A DNA stretch of 64,000 bases, from positions 12,283-76,282 of the forward strand of contig DATJPZ010000078.1 in assembly GCA_035506175.1 (NCBI GenBank), given 5' to 3'. Below are positions 50,911 through 60,753 of the stretch, one piece after another; positions within the stretch are counted from its first letter, which is position 1; every line of letters begins with the position of its first letter. The DNA is from Thermoanaerobaculia bacterium (GTDB lineage: Bacteria > Acidobacteriota > Thermoanaerobaculia > UBA5066 > Gp7-AA6). The position numbers were made by a program, and so were the translations under genes. The notes beneath the pieces are model-generated. The model made no database searches and was not told the DNA's origin. It saw nothing but the letters and a program-made list of their open reading frames with translations.

Positions 50911-52350
50911 CTGAGTCAGATCAGCCTCGACAGGAGCGGCGTCCTTCCGCTGGCTGATCAGGTTTCGTCGGCGATCGAGCGGGGGATCGAGGCCGGCATC
51001 ATCGACGAGAACTCGCGCCTCCCGACGACGCGCGAGCTCGCGGCGGCCCTCGGCATCAACCGCGGAACGGTCCAGGCCGCCTACCGGCGCCTCCAGGAGC
51101 GAGGGCTCGTGGCCGGCCGCGTCGGCAGCGGCACCGTCGTCCGCGGCCGGCCCAGCCGAACCCGCCGCGCGTTTCAGGTCGAAGACCTCTTCTCGCGCCG
51201 CTCCCTGGCCCTTCCGGACGAGGCTTCCCTGCCGGTCCGCTCCCCGGTCGTCGCCGATTTCTCGAGGCTGGCGCCCGACGAGCGCTTTTTCCCGCTCGAG
51301 GAATTCACCCGGACCGTGGCCTATGCGTGGAGCCGCCGCCGCGACCTGTGGCTCTACGCTCCCCCGCTCGGCCTCGAAGAGCTGCGCGCCGAGATCTCGC
51401 GCCGCCTGGCCGACAGCGGCATTCTCCGGAGCGCCGACGAGATCCTCGTCGTCAGCGGCGCGCAGCAGGGGCTCGACCTGCTCTTCCGGACCTTCACCGA
51501 TCCGGACGACGTGGTCGCGGTCGAGTCGCCGACGTATTCGGGCGCGCTGGCGCTCGCGCGGGTCGCAGGCGTGGCGCTCCTGCCGCTTCCGGTCGACGAG
51601 CACGGTCCCGATCCGCGGCCCCTCCGGCAGCGGTCCGCACGGCTCGTGTACGTCATGCCGGAGCGGCAGAACCCGACGGGCGTCACTTCGAGCGAAGAGC
51701 GCCGCGTGGCGCTCCTCGAGGCCGCGGTCTCGGCCGGCGCGCTCGTGATCGAGGACGGCTACGAGGAGCCCGAGCCCGGCCGCATTCCGCTCGCCGCACG
51801 CGACCCCGAGAGAACGGTGTGGCTCGGAACTCTGTCGAAGGACCTCGTGCCCGGCTTCCGGATCGGGTGGATCGCCGCGGCGCGGCCCGTCATCGAGCGG
51901 CTGGCGCGCCTGAAGAAGGCGACCGACTTCCAGACGCCCGTCCCGCTGCAGGCCGCGGTGGCGGCATTCCTCAAAGCGGGCGCCGACCGGAAGGCCCGCG
52001 CCAGCCGGGCCGAAGAAGTGCTCCAGCGCGCCGCGACGGCCGCGGCGGCGCTTTCCGCGCACCTGCCCGAAACGCGCTGGTGGGGCGGCGAAGGCTCCAA
52101 CCCGCTCTTCTGGCTCCACCTGCCGGACGGGCTGTCGGGGCGGCACGTCGCGGAGGCGGCGGCGGCCCGCGGCGTCGTCGTCTCGCCGGGGCAGGACTTC
52201 GACCCGAGGGGACAGGATCGGCCGAACGTGCGTTTGTCGGTTTCGAGGGTCGAGCGCCGGGACATCGAACCCGGTATCGCCCTGCTCGGTCAGGCGGTCA
52301 ACGAAGTGCGGTCGGCGGCGCGCGGAGCACACGCCGCGCCGGTGGTGTGA
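50893..52350 (+). CDS. MocR/GabR-family regulator (GntR wHTH + class-I aminotransferase-like domain), PdxR-like by context
   Basis: ATG at 50893 is preferred ([32 protein letters not shown]...[31 protein letters not shown]). [17 protein letters not shown] is the PLP-Lys motif. Directly upstream of pdxS-pdxT. A TTG start at 50869 is an alternative. Confidence 0.88.
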   Translation: MAGQLDLSQISLDRSGVLPLADQVSSAIERGIEAGIIDENSRLPTTRELAAALGINRGTVQAAYRRLQERGLVAGRVGSGTVVRGRPSRTRRAFQVEDLFSRRSLALPDEASLPVRSPVVADFSRLAPDERFFPLEEFTRTVAYAWSRRRDLWLYAPPLGLEELRAEISRRLADSGILRSADEILVVSGAQQGLDLLFRTFTDPDDVVAVESPTYSGALALARVAGVALLPLPVDEHGPDPRPLRQRSARLVYVMPERQNPTGVTSSEERRVALLEAAVSAGALVIEDGYEEPEPGRIPLAARDPERTVWLGTLSKDLVPGFRIGWIAAARPVIERLARLKKATDFQTPVPLQAAVAAFLKAGADRKARASRAEEVLQRAATAAAALSAHLPETRWWGGEGSNPLFWLHLPDGLSGRHVAEAAAARGVVVSPGQDFDPRGQDRPNVRLSVSRVERRDIEPGIALLGQAVNEVRSAARGAHAAPVV

Positions 52351-52375
52351 GGAAGCAACCAGGAGGCAGGAAGCC

Positions 52376-53260
52376 ATGCTGATGAGCGAACAGTTTCGTC
52401 TGAAAGTGGGTCTGGCCGAGATGTTGAAGGGCGGCGTCATCATGGACGTCGTCAACGCGGATCAGGCCCGGATCGCCGAAGCGGCGGGCGCCGCCGCGGT
52501 GATGGCGCTCGAGCGCGTGCCGGCCGACATCCGGCGCGACGGGGGAGTGGCGCGGATGTCGCCGGTCTCCAAGATCCGCGAGATCCAGGAGGCCGTGTCG
52601 ATTCCCGTCATGGCCAAGTGTCGGATCGGGCACCTGGCAGAGGCGCGGGTCCTCGAGGCGCTCAAGGTCGACTTCATCGACGAGTCCGAGGTCCTCACGC
52701 CGGCCGACGAAGAGAACCACGTCTCCAAGCACGAGTTCACGGTTCCGTTCGTCTGCGGCTGCCGCAACCTCGGCGAAGCGCTTCGCCGCATCGGCGAGGG
52801 TGCCGCGATGATCCGGACCAAGGGCGAGGCCGGCACGGGCGACATCGTGCACGCGGTCAGGCACCTCCGCGAGGTCCATCGCGAAATGCGGATGCTCACG
52901 CAGCTCTCGAAAGACGAGCTGATGGCGGCGGCCAAGCGCCTCCAGGCGCCGTACGAGCTCGTCGTCGAGGTGGCGGAGAAGGGCAGGCTCCCGGTGCCGA
53001 ACTTCGCGGCCGGCGGCGTCGCCACCCCCGCGGACGCGGCCCTGTGCATGCAGCTCGGCGCCGAGGCGATCTTCGTCGGCTCGGGAATCTTCAAGTCGGC
53101 CGACCCCGAGAACCGCGCCCGCGCGATCGTCAAGGCGACGACCCACTGGAAGGACGCGCAGGCGCTGCTCGAAGCCGAGGAGTCGCTCGGCTCGGGCATG
53201 AAGGGGATCGAGGCGGCGAGCCTGCCGGAAGAAGCGCAGCTCCAGACCCGCGGATGGTGA
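52376..53260 (+). CDS. pdxS: Pyridoxal 5'-phosphate synthase lyase subunit PdxS
   Basis: 294 aa. [51 protein letters not shown]. Confidence 0.98.
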   Translation: MLMSEQFRLKVGLAEMLKGGVIMDVVNADQARIAEAAGAAAVMALERVPADIRRDGGVARMSPVSKIREIQEAVSIPVMAKCRIGHLAEARVLEALKVDFIDESEVLTPADEENHVSKHEFTVPFVCGCRNLGEALRRIGEGAAMIRTKGEAGTGDIVHAVRHLREVHREMRMLTQLSKDELMAAAKRLQAPYELVVEVAEKGRLPVPNFAAGGVATPADAALCMQLGAEAIFVGSGIFKSADPENRARAIVKATTHWKDAQALLEAEESLGSGMKGIEAASLPEEAQLQTRGW

Positions 53261-53853
53261 CGGAGTCGAACGGGGGAGTCGCGGTCCTCGCGCTCCAGGG
53301 CGATTTCGAGGCGCATCGGCGGGCGCTCGACGAGATCGGAGCGAAGAGCTTCGAGGCGAGGCGTCCGCACGACCTCGACGGCGCTTCGGGGCTCGTCATC
53401 CCGGGAGGGGAGTCGACGACGCTGTGGAAATTCTTCGAGGCGGAGCCCTGGGAAGAGGCCTTTCGCGCCTTCGCGGAGAGCGGCCGGCCGATCCTCGGCA
53501 CGTGCGCCGGCGCAATCGTCCTCTCGCGCGAGGTGTCGCATCCGGCGCAGAGAGGACTCGGCCTGATCGACCTGTCGATCGAGCGCAACGCCTACGGCCG
53601 CCAGGTCGACTCCTTCATCGGCGAGGTGGACTGCCCGACCCTCGGCGATCCGATGCCGGCGGTCTTCATCCGGGCGCCGCGGATCCGCGCGAGCGGTTCG
53701 GGCGTCGAGATCCTGGGCCGCTACCGGGGCGAGCCGGTGCTCGCGCGCCAGGGCAACGTCGTCGCCGCGACGTTCCACCCGGAGCTGACGCGCGACCGGC
53801 GCCTTCACCGGCTGCTGTTTTCGGGCCAGGCCCGGGAGCGCAGAAGCGCATGA
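53254..53853 (+). CDS. pdxT: Pyridoxal 5'-phosphate synthase glutaminase subunit PdxT
   Basis: In-frame ATG at 53254, overlapping pdxS by 7 nt. [13 protein letters not shown]...[10 protein letters not shown]...GTCAGAIVL...TFHPELT. Confidence 0.93.
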   Translation: MVTESNGGVAVLALQGDFEAHRRALDEIGAKSFEARRPHDLDGASGLVIPGGESTTLWKFFEAEPWEEAFRAFAESGRPILGTCAGAIVLSREVSHPAQRGLGLIDLSIERNAYGRQVDSFIGEVDCPTLGDPMPAVFIRAPRIRASGSGVEILGRYRGEPVLARQGNVVAATFHPELTRDRRLHRLLFSGQARERRSA

Positions 53854-54599
53854 GCCTCGTGACGACCGACGTCCGCGACGGCATCGCGGTTCTCTCGCTC
53901 GACCGCCCCAGGGCCAACGCGTTCTCGCCGGAGCTCGTCGCCGAGCTCTCGGAGGCGCTTTCGGCGCAGAGCCGCGCCCGTGCCGTGGTGCTGACTTCGG
54001 CGGTGCCGGGCATGTTCTCGGCGGGCTGGGACCTGCGCCTGCTCGTCGGCGCCGAGCGGCCGGCGATGGAAACCTTCGTCGCCGCCTACTGCGACCTCGT
54101 GCGGGAGATCTTCGCCTTCGGCCCGCCGGTCGTCGCCGCTCTGCCCGGCCATGCCGTGGCGGGGGGCCTGATCGCGGTGATGGGCGCGGACGAGCGCATC
54201 GCGGCCGAGGGCAAGGGCAAGTTCGGCCTCTCCGAGGTCATCCTCGGCGTGTCGGTGCCGCAGTGCCTGATGGAGCCGTTCCGCCACGTCGTCGGCGCGC
54301 GGCAGATGGAGCGGCTCGCGGCGACGGGGGAGAACCTCGGCGTCGAGGCGGCGCGCGCGATCGGCCTCGTGGATGCGGTCGTGCCGGCGGAGGAGCTCCT
54401 CGACCGCGCCGTCGAGCGCGCCCGCGTGCTCGCCGGTCTCTCCGGCGCGGCGTACGCCGCGATCAAGCGGCGCTCCCGCGCGGCGGCGATCGCCCGGTTC
54501 GACCAGGCGCGCGATCACGATCCCTTCCTCGACTTCTGGTTCAGTGAGGATGCGCGGTTCCGCTTGAAGGACATGGTCGCGCGCCTCTCGAGCCGCTGA
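53850..54599 (+). CDS. Enoyl-CoA hydratase/isomerase (crotonase) family protein
   Basis: ATG at 53850 (ATGA overlap with the pdxT stop). [30 protein letters not shown]...GMFSAGWDL. Confidence 0.9.
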   Translation: MSLVTTDVRDGIAVLSLDRPRANAFSPELVAELSEALSAQSRARAVVLTSAVPGMFSAGWDLRLLVGAERPAMETFVAAYCDLVREIFAFGPPVVAALPGHAVAGGLIAVMGADERIAAEGKGKFGLSEVILGVSVPQCLMEPFRHVVGARQMERLAATGENLGVEAARAIGLVDAVVPAEELLDRAVERARVLAGLSGAAYAAIKRRSRAAAIARFDQARDHDPFLDFWFSEDARFRLKDMVARLSSR

Positions 54600-54603
54600 T
54601 CCC

Positions 54604-55812
54604 TTGATCCCGGCCGACGAAATCCTCGAGGCGCTCGATCTCTCGCGCGCCCGGCCGGGCGCCGGCTTTCTCGAGGCGCTCTTTGCTCGCTTCATCGCGA
54701 AGGTCCCGTTCGAGAACGCCTCGAAAATCGTCCGGCACGCCGACGTCCCCGCGCCCGGCGAGAAGCCGCGCCGCCCCGGGATCTTCTGGAAGGACCACCT
54801 CGCCCTGGGCACGGGCGGCACCTGCTTCGCGCGCGTCGCGGCCTTCGATGCGCTCCTGACCGAGCTCGGGTTCCGCACGCGGCGCGTCCTCGGGCGGGTG
54901 CGGCGGGCAAACGGCCACGCCGCGCTCATCGTCGAGGCGCCGGGCGGCGAAACGATCGCCGACGTCGGCTATCCGCTGCCGGCTCTCGTGCCCGCGAAGG
55001 CGGGCCTCGTCGAGACGCCGACCGTCGACCTGCGGGTCGAAGCAGGGGACTCGTGGTTCGAGGTCTTCTTCGACGAGGGCGTTCCCGAGGGAAACCGCTC
55101 GATCGGCATCGGCGCGGCGACGGCGGAGCCCGAGGCGTTCGAGGCCGCGTGGCGCGACTCGTTTCGTGACGGAGCCCTCTTCCTGCAGGAGGTGTCGCTG
55201 CGCCGTGACCTCGGCAACCGCGTGCTGTCCTTCGCCCGCGGCCAGGCCCGGGTCGACGACCGCTGCTCGCGGCTGACGGTGCCGCTGCCGGCCCCGCGGG
55301 CGGCGGCGCTGTCGCCGCTCTTCGACGTGGACGAGGCGCTCCTGGCGCGCGCGTTCGCGCTCGCGGGCGACCCCGGACCCGCCGAGACCGACGCGGTGCT
55401 GACGGCCTACCTCGAGACGGACGCTGCGCTCGAGCGCGCCTACGCCGCGGTCGGCTCGCGCGAGGGATACGCGAAACTCCTCTCCGGGGTCGCCGAGGTC
55501 CGCGACCTCGGGCCGACCGAGCGCGGCTTCCGGCTGTCGCTTTCCGCCGCCGCGGACGCGCCGGCGGACGCCGCGCTCGAAGAGGACGTGTCGCTCGACG
55601 ACGCCGCGCGCCGCGTCGCGGTGCGCCGGCGCGCCGGGACGGTCGAGCAGCGGTCGGCTTACCGCGTTCTCGAGCGGGACGGCCGCCGCTTTCTCGTGCG
55701 CGAGGCGACGCTTTCGGGCGCGCGCGAGGACCTGCTCCGCAACGACTCGCTCCGCGGCCGCTTCGCCGCGAACCTCGCGGTCGACCTGCTCGCCTGGGCG
55801 CGGATGCTCTGA
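54604..55812 (+). CDS. Arylamine N-acetyltransferase-like (Cys-His-Asp fold) protein with an extra ~200-aa C-terminal domain
   Basis: 402 aa, TTG start. FLEALFARFIAKVPFENASKIV...GTGGTCFARVAAFDALL...NGHAALIVE. The C-terminal half is unassigned. Confidence 0.6.
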   Translation: MIPADEILEALDLSRARPGAGFLEALFARFIAKVPFENASKIVRHADVPAPGEKPRRPGIFWKDHLALGTGGTCFARVAAFDALLTELGFRTRRVLGRVRRANGHAALIVEAPGGETIADVGYPLPALVPAKAGLVETPTVDLRVEAGDSWFEVFFDEGVPEGNRSIGIGAATAEPEAFEAAWRDSFRDGALFLQEVSLRRDLGNRVLSFARGQARVDDRCSRLTVPLPAPRAAALSPLFDVDEALLARAFALAGDPGPAETDAVLTAYLETDAALERAYAAVGSREGYAKLLSGVAEVRDLGPTERGFRLSLSAAADAPADAALEEDVSLDDAARRVAVRRRAGTVEQRSAYRVLERDGRRFLVREATLSGAREDLLRNDSLRGRFAANLAVDLLAWARML

Positions 55813-55831
55813 CGAACCGCGAAACGCGGGG

Positions 55832-56539
55832 TCAGAAGCGGAAGGACTTCTCGGAGTCGAGCAGGCGCAGGCGCGGCTGCCGGAGCGCGAGCACCTCGCG
55901 GCGGATGCGGGACAGCGACGGCGGCTTCATGTGGTACAGGTAGACGGGCACGCCGGCGGGCGCTTTGGCGAGCTCGGCCGGCAGCAGGCGCGGTGTGAGG
56001 TGGCACGACGCGCGCGCGACCGCGGCCTGCGCGTCCGAGAACGAGACCTCGAGGAAGATTGCCTTCAGGTCGCGTGCCCGCCGCGCCCAGCTCCAGATCC
56101 CCTCGGTCGGCATCGTGTCGCCGGAGAAGAGGACCGAGCGGCCCGGCTTCCCGACGAAGTAGCCGTAAGCCGGCACGAGGTGGTCGACGGGCAGCGGCAC
56201 GAGCGTCATGCCGCCGGCGCGGAACGGCCGCCCGGGCGCGACGGGGCGATACGCGAGCGTCGGCTTCGCGCGCGAGGGCAGCTTCGTGAAGTCCGGCCAC
56301 GCGACGTCGTTGAAGAGGTGGCGCTTCAGCGCAGCGAGGACCTGCGGCGGCGCGACGACCTCGAGCGGCGCCGACCGGCCGTACAGGTTCTCGATCAGAA
56401 ACGGCAGCGACGCGACGTGATCGAGGTGCGCGTGCGTCAGGACCACGCGGCGAATGCGCCGCTGCGCGGCGATCGGGAGGGCCTCGGTCAGTGAGCCGGC
56501 GTCGAGCGCGGTCTCGCCGTCGAGCAGGAAGCACGTCAT
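55832..56539 (-). CDS. Metallo-beta-lactamase-fold hydrolase (class II cyclic-nucleotide phosphodiesterase-like)
   Basis: 235 aa. LLDGETALDAGSL...VVLTHAHLDHVASLPFL. Confidence 0.8.
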   Translation of the reverse strand: MTCFLLDGETALDAGSLTEALPIAAQRRIRRVVLTHAHLDHVASLPFLIENLYGRSAPLEVVAPPQVLAALKRHLFNDVAWPDFTKLPSRAKPTLAYRPVAPGRPFRAGGMTLVPLPVDHLVPAYGYFVGKPGRSVLFSGDTMPTEGIWSWARRARDLKAIFLEVSFSDAQAAVARASCHLTPRLLPAELAKAPAGVPVYLYHMKPPSLSRIRREVLALRQPRLRLLDSEKSFRF

Positions 56540-56618
56540 CCGATAGCCGGGCGCGGAACCTCCGTACGGGCCGAGCGCTCGGACGGAAAGCGACTTGCGA
56601 GACGGCAGAGAGGACTTC

Positions 56619-59600
56619 CTAGAAGTCGGGCCCGATGTAGAAGATGAACTTGAAGTTGCCGCAGTTGGTGTCGAGGCCGAGGGCGGCGCACTGGGCTGGC
56701 GGCAGCGGCTGCTTGAAGTTCCACTGGCGCGCGAAGTCGAAGTGGAGCGGCAGCCCCAGGAAGTTCAGCGACAGGCCGAAGCCGTAGTCCGAGAGGCCCC
56801 CGCTCGAGCCGTTGCAGCCCGGGACGCCGCCGCCGCCGCAGAGCGTGTAGTCCGACCAGAAACGCCACGGCTGGTTCTTCAGGGCGGCGCCGCCGATGTC
56901 GATGAAGCCCTTGCCGCGGATCTCCTGGATGCCGAGGATCGGCGTGGCGAGGAAGTCGATCAGCGGAATCCGGAGCTCGAGGTTCAGGAACGCCGCCGAG
57001 TTGCCGACGAGGCCGTAGTACGGGAACGCGCGCAGCGTGTCGAGGCCGCCGAAGGCGAGCACGTCGGGAAGGTTGCCGGAGGCGCGGAAGCCGTAGAGGC
57101 GCGCGGCCAGCAACGATCGTTCCGTGATCTTGAAGTAGTGGCGCAGGTCCGCCGTCATGTCGAAGGAGAGCGTCGGGCCGCTCGAGCCGGGCAGCTCCGT
57201 GCCGCCGGTGAAGGGCGCGTAGGCGAGGCCGAACGACATCGCGCGTCCGGAGCTCGGGCCGAAGCTCTGGTACTGGACGGTGTCGCCGACGAGCTTCGCG
57301 CCGAAGAGCGGGAAGTTGTTCTCGCTGTTGAGCGAGACGATGCCGCCGTTGCCGCCGCCGGCGTCGACCCAGACCGGGTAGGCGTCGTACTTTCGCGACA
57401 CGAAGCCGACGCTGCCCTCGACCCGGTAGTAGCGGTTCAGGGGGTAAGCGCCGAAGGCGCTGCCGCCGATGAACCGGAACGGGTTGTTCACGCGCTGGAT
57501 CGTGCCGTTGGTCTCGTTGAAGACCGTGTAGTAGTAGCTCTGGTAGTAGGCCTGCACGCCCTTCTGGAGCCGCTGCGACAGGTCGACGTACGCCGCCTCG
57601 TAGTCGATGAACGACGACACGGACTGCAGCGAAAAGATCAGGCGGCGGTCGCCCAGGTTGTCGCCGAACGTCAGGATCGTGTTCGACAGGAACACCTGGT
57701 CGGCCGAGAGGCCGACGTTGATCGAGGCGTCCTCGAGCATGAGCTTGCGGCTCGCCTTCTTGTCGATCTTCTCCGGGTCGATCGAGACCTCGATCGGCGG
57801 CTGATACGGCGGGATCGTCGTCGGGCCGGCGGGCGAGGGCGCCGGGTTCAACTCGGCGAGCTGGTGGTACGGCTTCTTCGCGTCGGTGACGTAGAGCATG
57901 AACCGGCGCTTGTAGTACGCCGAGAACACGAGGCGCTCGGTGCCGTCGCGGCCGGTCAGGACGATCGGCGAGAAGCACCCGCCGACGACGTTGGTGTAAA
58001 GGCTCGTCTGCCCGTTGTCGAGGTTGATGGCGTAGACGTTGTAGATGCCGTTGAGCCGGTCCGACGAGTAGTAGAGCGTCTTGCCGTCCGGCGAGATCGA
58101 AGCATCCTCGTCGTTCCAGTCGCCGTACGTGATCTGCTCGCGCGAGCCCGAAACGCCGGGCTTGATGCGGAAGATCTTGGCCTTCGTTCCCTGGACCGAC
58201 GAATAGTAGAGCCACTGCCCGTCCGGCGCGTAGGCGGGGGCGAAGTCGTAGGCGTCGTCGTTGGTCAGGTTCGCCGTCTGCCTGGAGTCGAGGTTGTAGG
58301 CGAAGATGTCCGACTTGCCGTTCTGGATCGCGCGGAAGGCGACCGTCCGTCCGTCGGGCGAGAAGGCCGGGTTCAACTGCTGGTCGAGCCCGGGCATCGG
58401 GATCATCTGCTGGATGCGCCCATCGAGGGCGTTCAGGAGCATCAGCTCGCGCCCGCGCTCGCGCCGGACGAAGACGGCGATCGAGTTCCCGTCGGGCGAG
58501 ACGGCGAGATCGACGCCGCCGACCGGGCCCGTCGTCAGCCACTGGGCGACGATGTACTCGTAGTCGGTCTTGTAGCCCTTGGTCAGGTTCTTGAAGAGCT
58601 TGCGGTCGCGCGCGGATACGACGACGACGTTGGCGTCGTTGCCGAGCGTCGAGATCGCGGCGCCGAGGTCCCCCGACGGGAACGCGCGAACCGAGAGCTC
58701 GACCGAACCGCCCTCGTCGGTCAGCCGCACGCGGTCGCCGAAGTCGATCGGCTCGCCGGTGTCGGTCAGGATCTTGATGTAGCGCTTGCGGAGATACCGC
58801 CGGAAGCGAACGTCGAACTCCTCGGCCGAGATGCCGAAGGTGCGCTGCAGGACGCGGTTCAGGTTCGGACCGAGCTGCCCCCGGTAGTCGAAGACGAAGT
58901 CGCGCACGCCGTCGGGCCCCCATTCGGACGCGATGAAGTCGAAGACGGCGTGGCCGAAGCGATACGCGAAGAAACCGTAGATCTGTCGCTCGGCGATCTC
59001 GGGGATCTGGTCGTTCAGGACCGCGTCGCGCAGGACCATCTGGTCCTTGCTGTCCTCGTCGTTGCCGAAGTAGGAGGCCATGCCCTCCGTGAGCCACTGC
59101 GGCGTGTTCGACGAGTAGGCGCGGAGGAAGTTGCCGCCGAAGAGAATCTCGAACTGAAAGACGTGCGTCAGCTCGTGGGCGATGAGCTTCTCGAGCTTCT
59201 CGTCGGGCAGATCGACCGGGAGCACCATGCGGTTGCGCGTCGGCAGCGCGAAGGCGCCGATGCCTTCGGGGATGAAGCTGTCGAGCGTGTTGGTCTGCTC
59301 GAACTCCGAGTGGGTCGAGTAATAGATGATGTTGATCGGCTTCGGGATCTGGAAGTTGAGCGAGCGCGAGATTTCGTCGTACGCGCTCTCGGCGTAGGAG
59401 GCGACTTTCTGGAGCGAGACCTCGTCGCGGTCGTAGAAGTAGATCGCGAAGTGAGTCGAGTGGTAGATCTTCCAGTTGAACTTGTCGTAGACGATCTTGT
59501 TCTTGCCGAAATAGTCGTAGTACGGGCTGATGACGGGCGTCTGCGCCGAGGCGGCGGCGGCGCCGAGAGCGACGAGGAGGGCGAGGAAGAGCTTCTTCAT
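56619..59600 (-). CDS. 993-aa outer-membrane fusion protein: peptidase-MA-like HExxH domain + TolB-like beta-propeller repeats + C-terminal Omp85 (Bac_surface_Ag) beta-barrel
   Basis: MKKLFLALLVALGAAAASAQ signal peptide. IAHELTHVF...WLTEGMASYF. Repeated SPDG motifs (VSPDGNSIAVF, FSPDGRTVAF, YAPDGQWLYYSS, ISPDGKTLYYSS). FGGLDTLRAFPYYGLVGNSAAFLNLELRIPL and GKGFIDIGGA are Omp85 motifs. Terminal ...FIFYIGPDF. Confidence 0.85.
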   Translation of the reverse strand: MKKLFLALLVALGAAAASAQTPVISPYYDYFGKNKIVYDKFNWKIYHSTHFAIYFYDRDEVSLQKVASYAESAYDEISRSLNFQIPKPINIIYYSTHSEFEQTNTLDSFIPEGIGAFALPTRNRMVLPVDLPDEKLEKLIAHELTHVFQFEILFGGNFLRAYSSNTPQWLTEGMASYFGNDEDSKDQMVLRDAVLNDQIPEIAERQIYGFFAYRFGHAVFDFIASEWGPDGVRDFVFDYRGQLGPNLNRVLQRTFGISAEEFDVRFRRYLRKRYIKILTDTGEPIDFGDRVRLTDEGGSVELSVRAFPSGDLGAAISTLGNDANVVVVSARDRKLFKNLTKGYKTDYEYIVAQWLTTGPVGGVDLAVSPDGNSIAVFVRRERGRELMLLNALDGRIQQMIPMPGLDQQLNPAFSPDGRTVAFRAIQNGKSDIFAYNLDSRQTANLTNDDAYDFAPAYAPDGQWLYYSSVQGTKAKIFRIKPGVSGSREQITYGDWNDEDASISPDGKTLYYSSDRLNGIYNVYAINLDNGQTSLYTNVVGGCFSPIVLTGRDGTERLVFSAYYKRRFMLYVTDAKKPYHQLAELNPAPSPAGPTTIPPYQPPIEVSIDPEKIDKKASRKLMLEDASINVGLSADQVFLSNTILTFGDNLGDRRLIFSLQSVSSFIDYEAAYVDLSQRLQKGVQAYYQSYYYTVFNETNGTIQRVNNPFRFIGGSAFGAYPLNRYYRVEGSVGFVSRKYDAYPVWVDAGGGNGGIVSLNSENNFPLFGAKLVGDTVQYQSFGPSSGRAMSFGLAYAPFTGGTELPGSSGPTLSFDMTADLRHYFKITERSLLAARLYGFRASGNLPDVLAFGGLDTLRAFPYYGLVGNSAAFLNLELRIPLIDFLATPILGIQEIRGKGFIDIGGAALKNQPWRFWSDYTLCGGGGVPGCNGSSGGLSDYGFGLSLNFLGLPLHFDFARQWNFKQPLPPAQCAALGLDTNCGNFKFIFYIGPDF

Positions 59601-59616
59601 GCGGTCTCGGCGGCGG

Positions 59617-60324
59617 TCAGTCGGTGAAGATGTAGCGCTCGGCCTCGCGATCGCGAGGGACGAAGGTGTTCAGGATCTGGTTTTCGAGCGAGAACAGATT
59701 TTCGAAGAGTCCCTGGAGCTCGTCGCGCTGCTTGCTGCCCGTCTGGCGGAAGTCTTTGAACTCGTCCTGGAGGAGCTTCTCGCCGGTCCGGCCGTCGAGA
59801 ACCAGGAAGACGATGTCGAAGACGAAGCCGGTCTGCTCGACGTAGACCTGGCGCGTGTATTGGCGGCCGTCGATGGGCGACGTGTACTCCTCGGACTTGT
59901 ACCCGGACCGATCCTCGACCCGGAACTCGAGGCTGCCCGAGACGATCAGCTCGGCGTTGGTCTGCGTCCCGACGGCGGCCCAGAACTCCTGGGCGCGCGC
60001 GAGGTCCCCGAGGTTCTGCGTCGGCAGCTTGACGTCGGGCGGCGTCTCGATGACGTCGAACTTCGTCTTCTTCTCGAGCTGCTTCTTCAGGAAGCGGTGA
60101 AACTCGGCCTGGACGTCGACGTTGGCGAGGCGCTTGTCCTTGGCCTTCTCCGGGTCCGTGACGAGGATGAAGGGCGCCAGCGCGATCCGCTCGTTGCCGC
60201 GCAGCGGCAGCTTGGGCTTCAACGGCAGGCGAAGCTTGACCTGGTCGACGCCGGCGAGCGCCGGCGCGGCCGCGAGCCAGAAGGCGGCGAGGAGCGCGGC
60301 GCCGCGCGAGAGCCTACGGAGCAC
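59617..60324 (-). CDS. Secreted/lipoprotein-like hypothetical protein (operon partner of the Omp85 fusion)
   Basis: 235 aa. MLRRLSRGAALLAAFWLAAAPALAG signal peptide. No family recognised. Confidence 0.7.
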   Translation of the reverse strand: MLRRLSRGAALLAAFWLAAAPALAGVDQVKLRLPLKPKLPLRGNERIALAPFILVTDPEKAKDKRLANVDVQAEFHRFLKKQLEKKTKFDVIETPPDVKLPTQNLGDLARAQEFWAAVGTQTNAELIVSGSLEFRVEDRSGYKSEEYTSPIDGRQYTRQVYVEQTGFVFDIVFLVLDGRTGEKLLQDEFKDFRQTGSKQRDELQGLFENLFSLENQILNTFVPRDREAERYIFTD

Positions 60325-60682
60325 CGGCGGCCTTTCCCGTCGTCTTCGTGTAAGCGGTGTAAAACTCGGCGAAGCGCGCGTAGTTGCGGCGGATGTAGTT
60401 GTTGTTGGGGTCGATCTCGAGCGCCTTCTTGTACTCGGTCAGGGCGCGCGCGAAGTCGCCGCTCGCTTCGAGCGCGACGGCGAGATTGTTGTGGGCGCGC
60501 GCGTTGTCGGGCGACTTCTGAACGGCCTGCTCGTAGCGGAACGCCGCCTCGCGCCAGAGTCCCTTCTTGGCGACCGCGGTGCCGAAGGCGATCTGCGTGG
60601 ACGCCTTCTCCGGGTGGGAGTAGGACGTGCAGGCTCCCGCGACAACTAGAAAGGAGATGACGACGGTGCGGTGTAGCTTCAA
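60314..60682 (-). CDS. TPR-repeat lipoprotein
   Basis: 122 aa. Lipobox VVAGAC. WREAAFRYEQAVQKSPDNARAHNNLAVALEASGDFARALTEYKKALEIDPNNNY are TPR units. Confidence 0.8.
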   Translation of the reverse strand: MKLHRTVVISFLVVAGACTSYSHPEKASTQIAFGTAVAKKGLWREAAFRYEQAVQKSPDNARAHNNLAVALEASGDFARALTEYKKALEIDPNNNYIRRNYARFAEFYTAYTKTTGKAAGAP

Positions 60683-60753
60683 ACGGCTCCTTCGCGTCGC
60701 GGCCCGCGGCCGGGTCGGTATTATAGGTTTCCTCCCGGCCGGTAACCCCCGAT

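Noticed and set aside
56595-59627. 1010-aa plus-strand ORF
   Set aside because: It is antisense to the 993-aa Omp85-fusion gene, which has a signal peptide and multiple family motifs. It is a shadow ORF.
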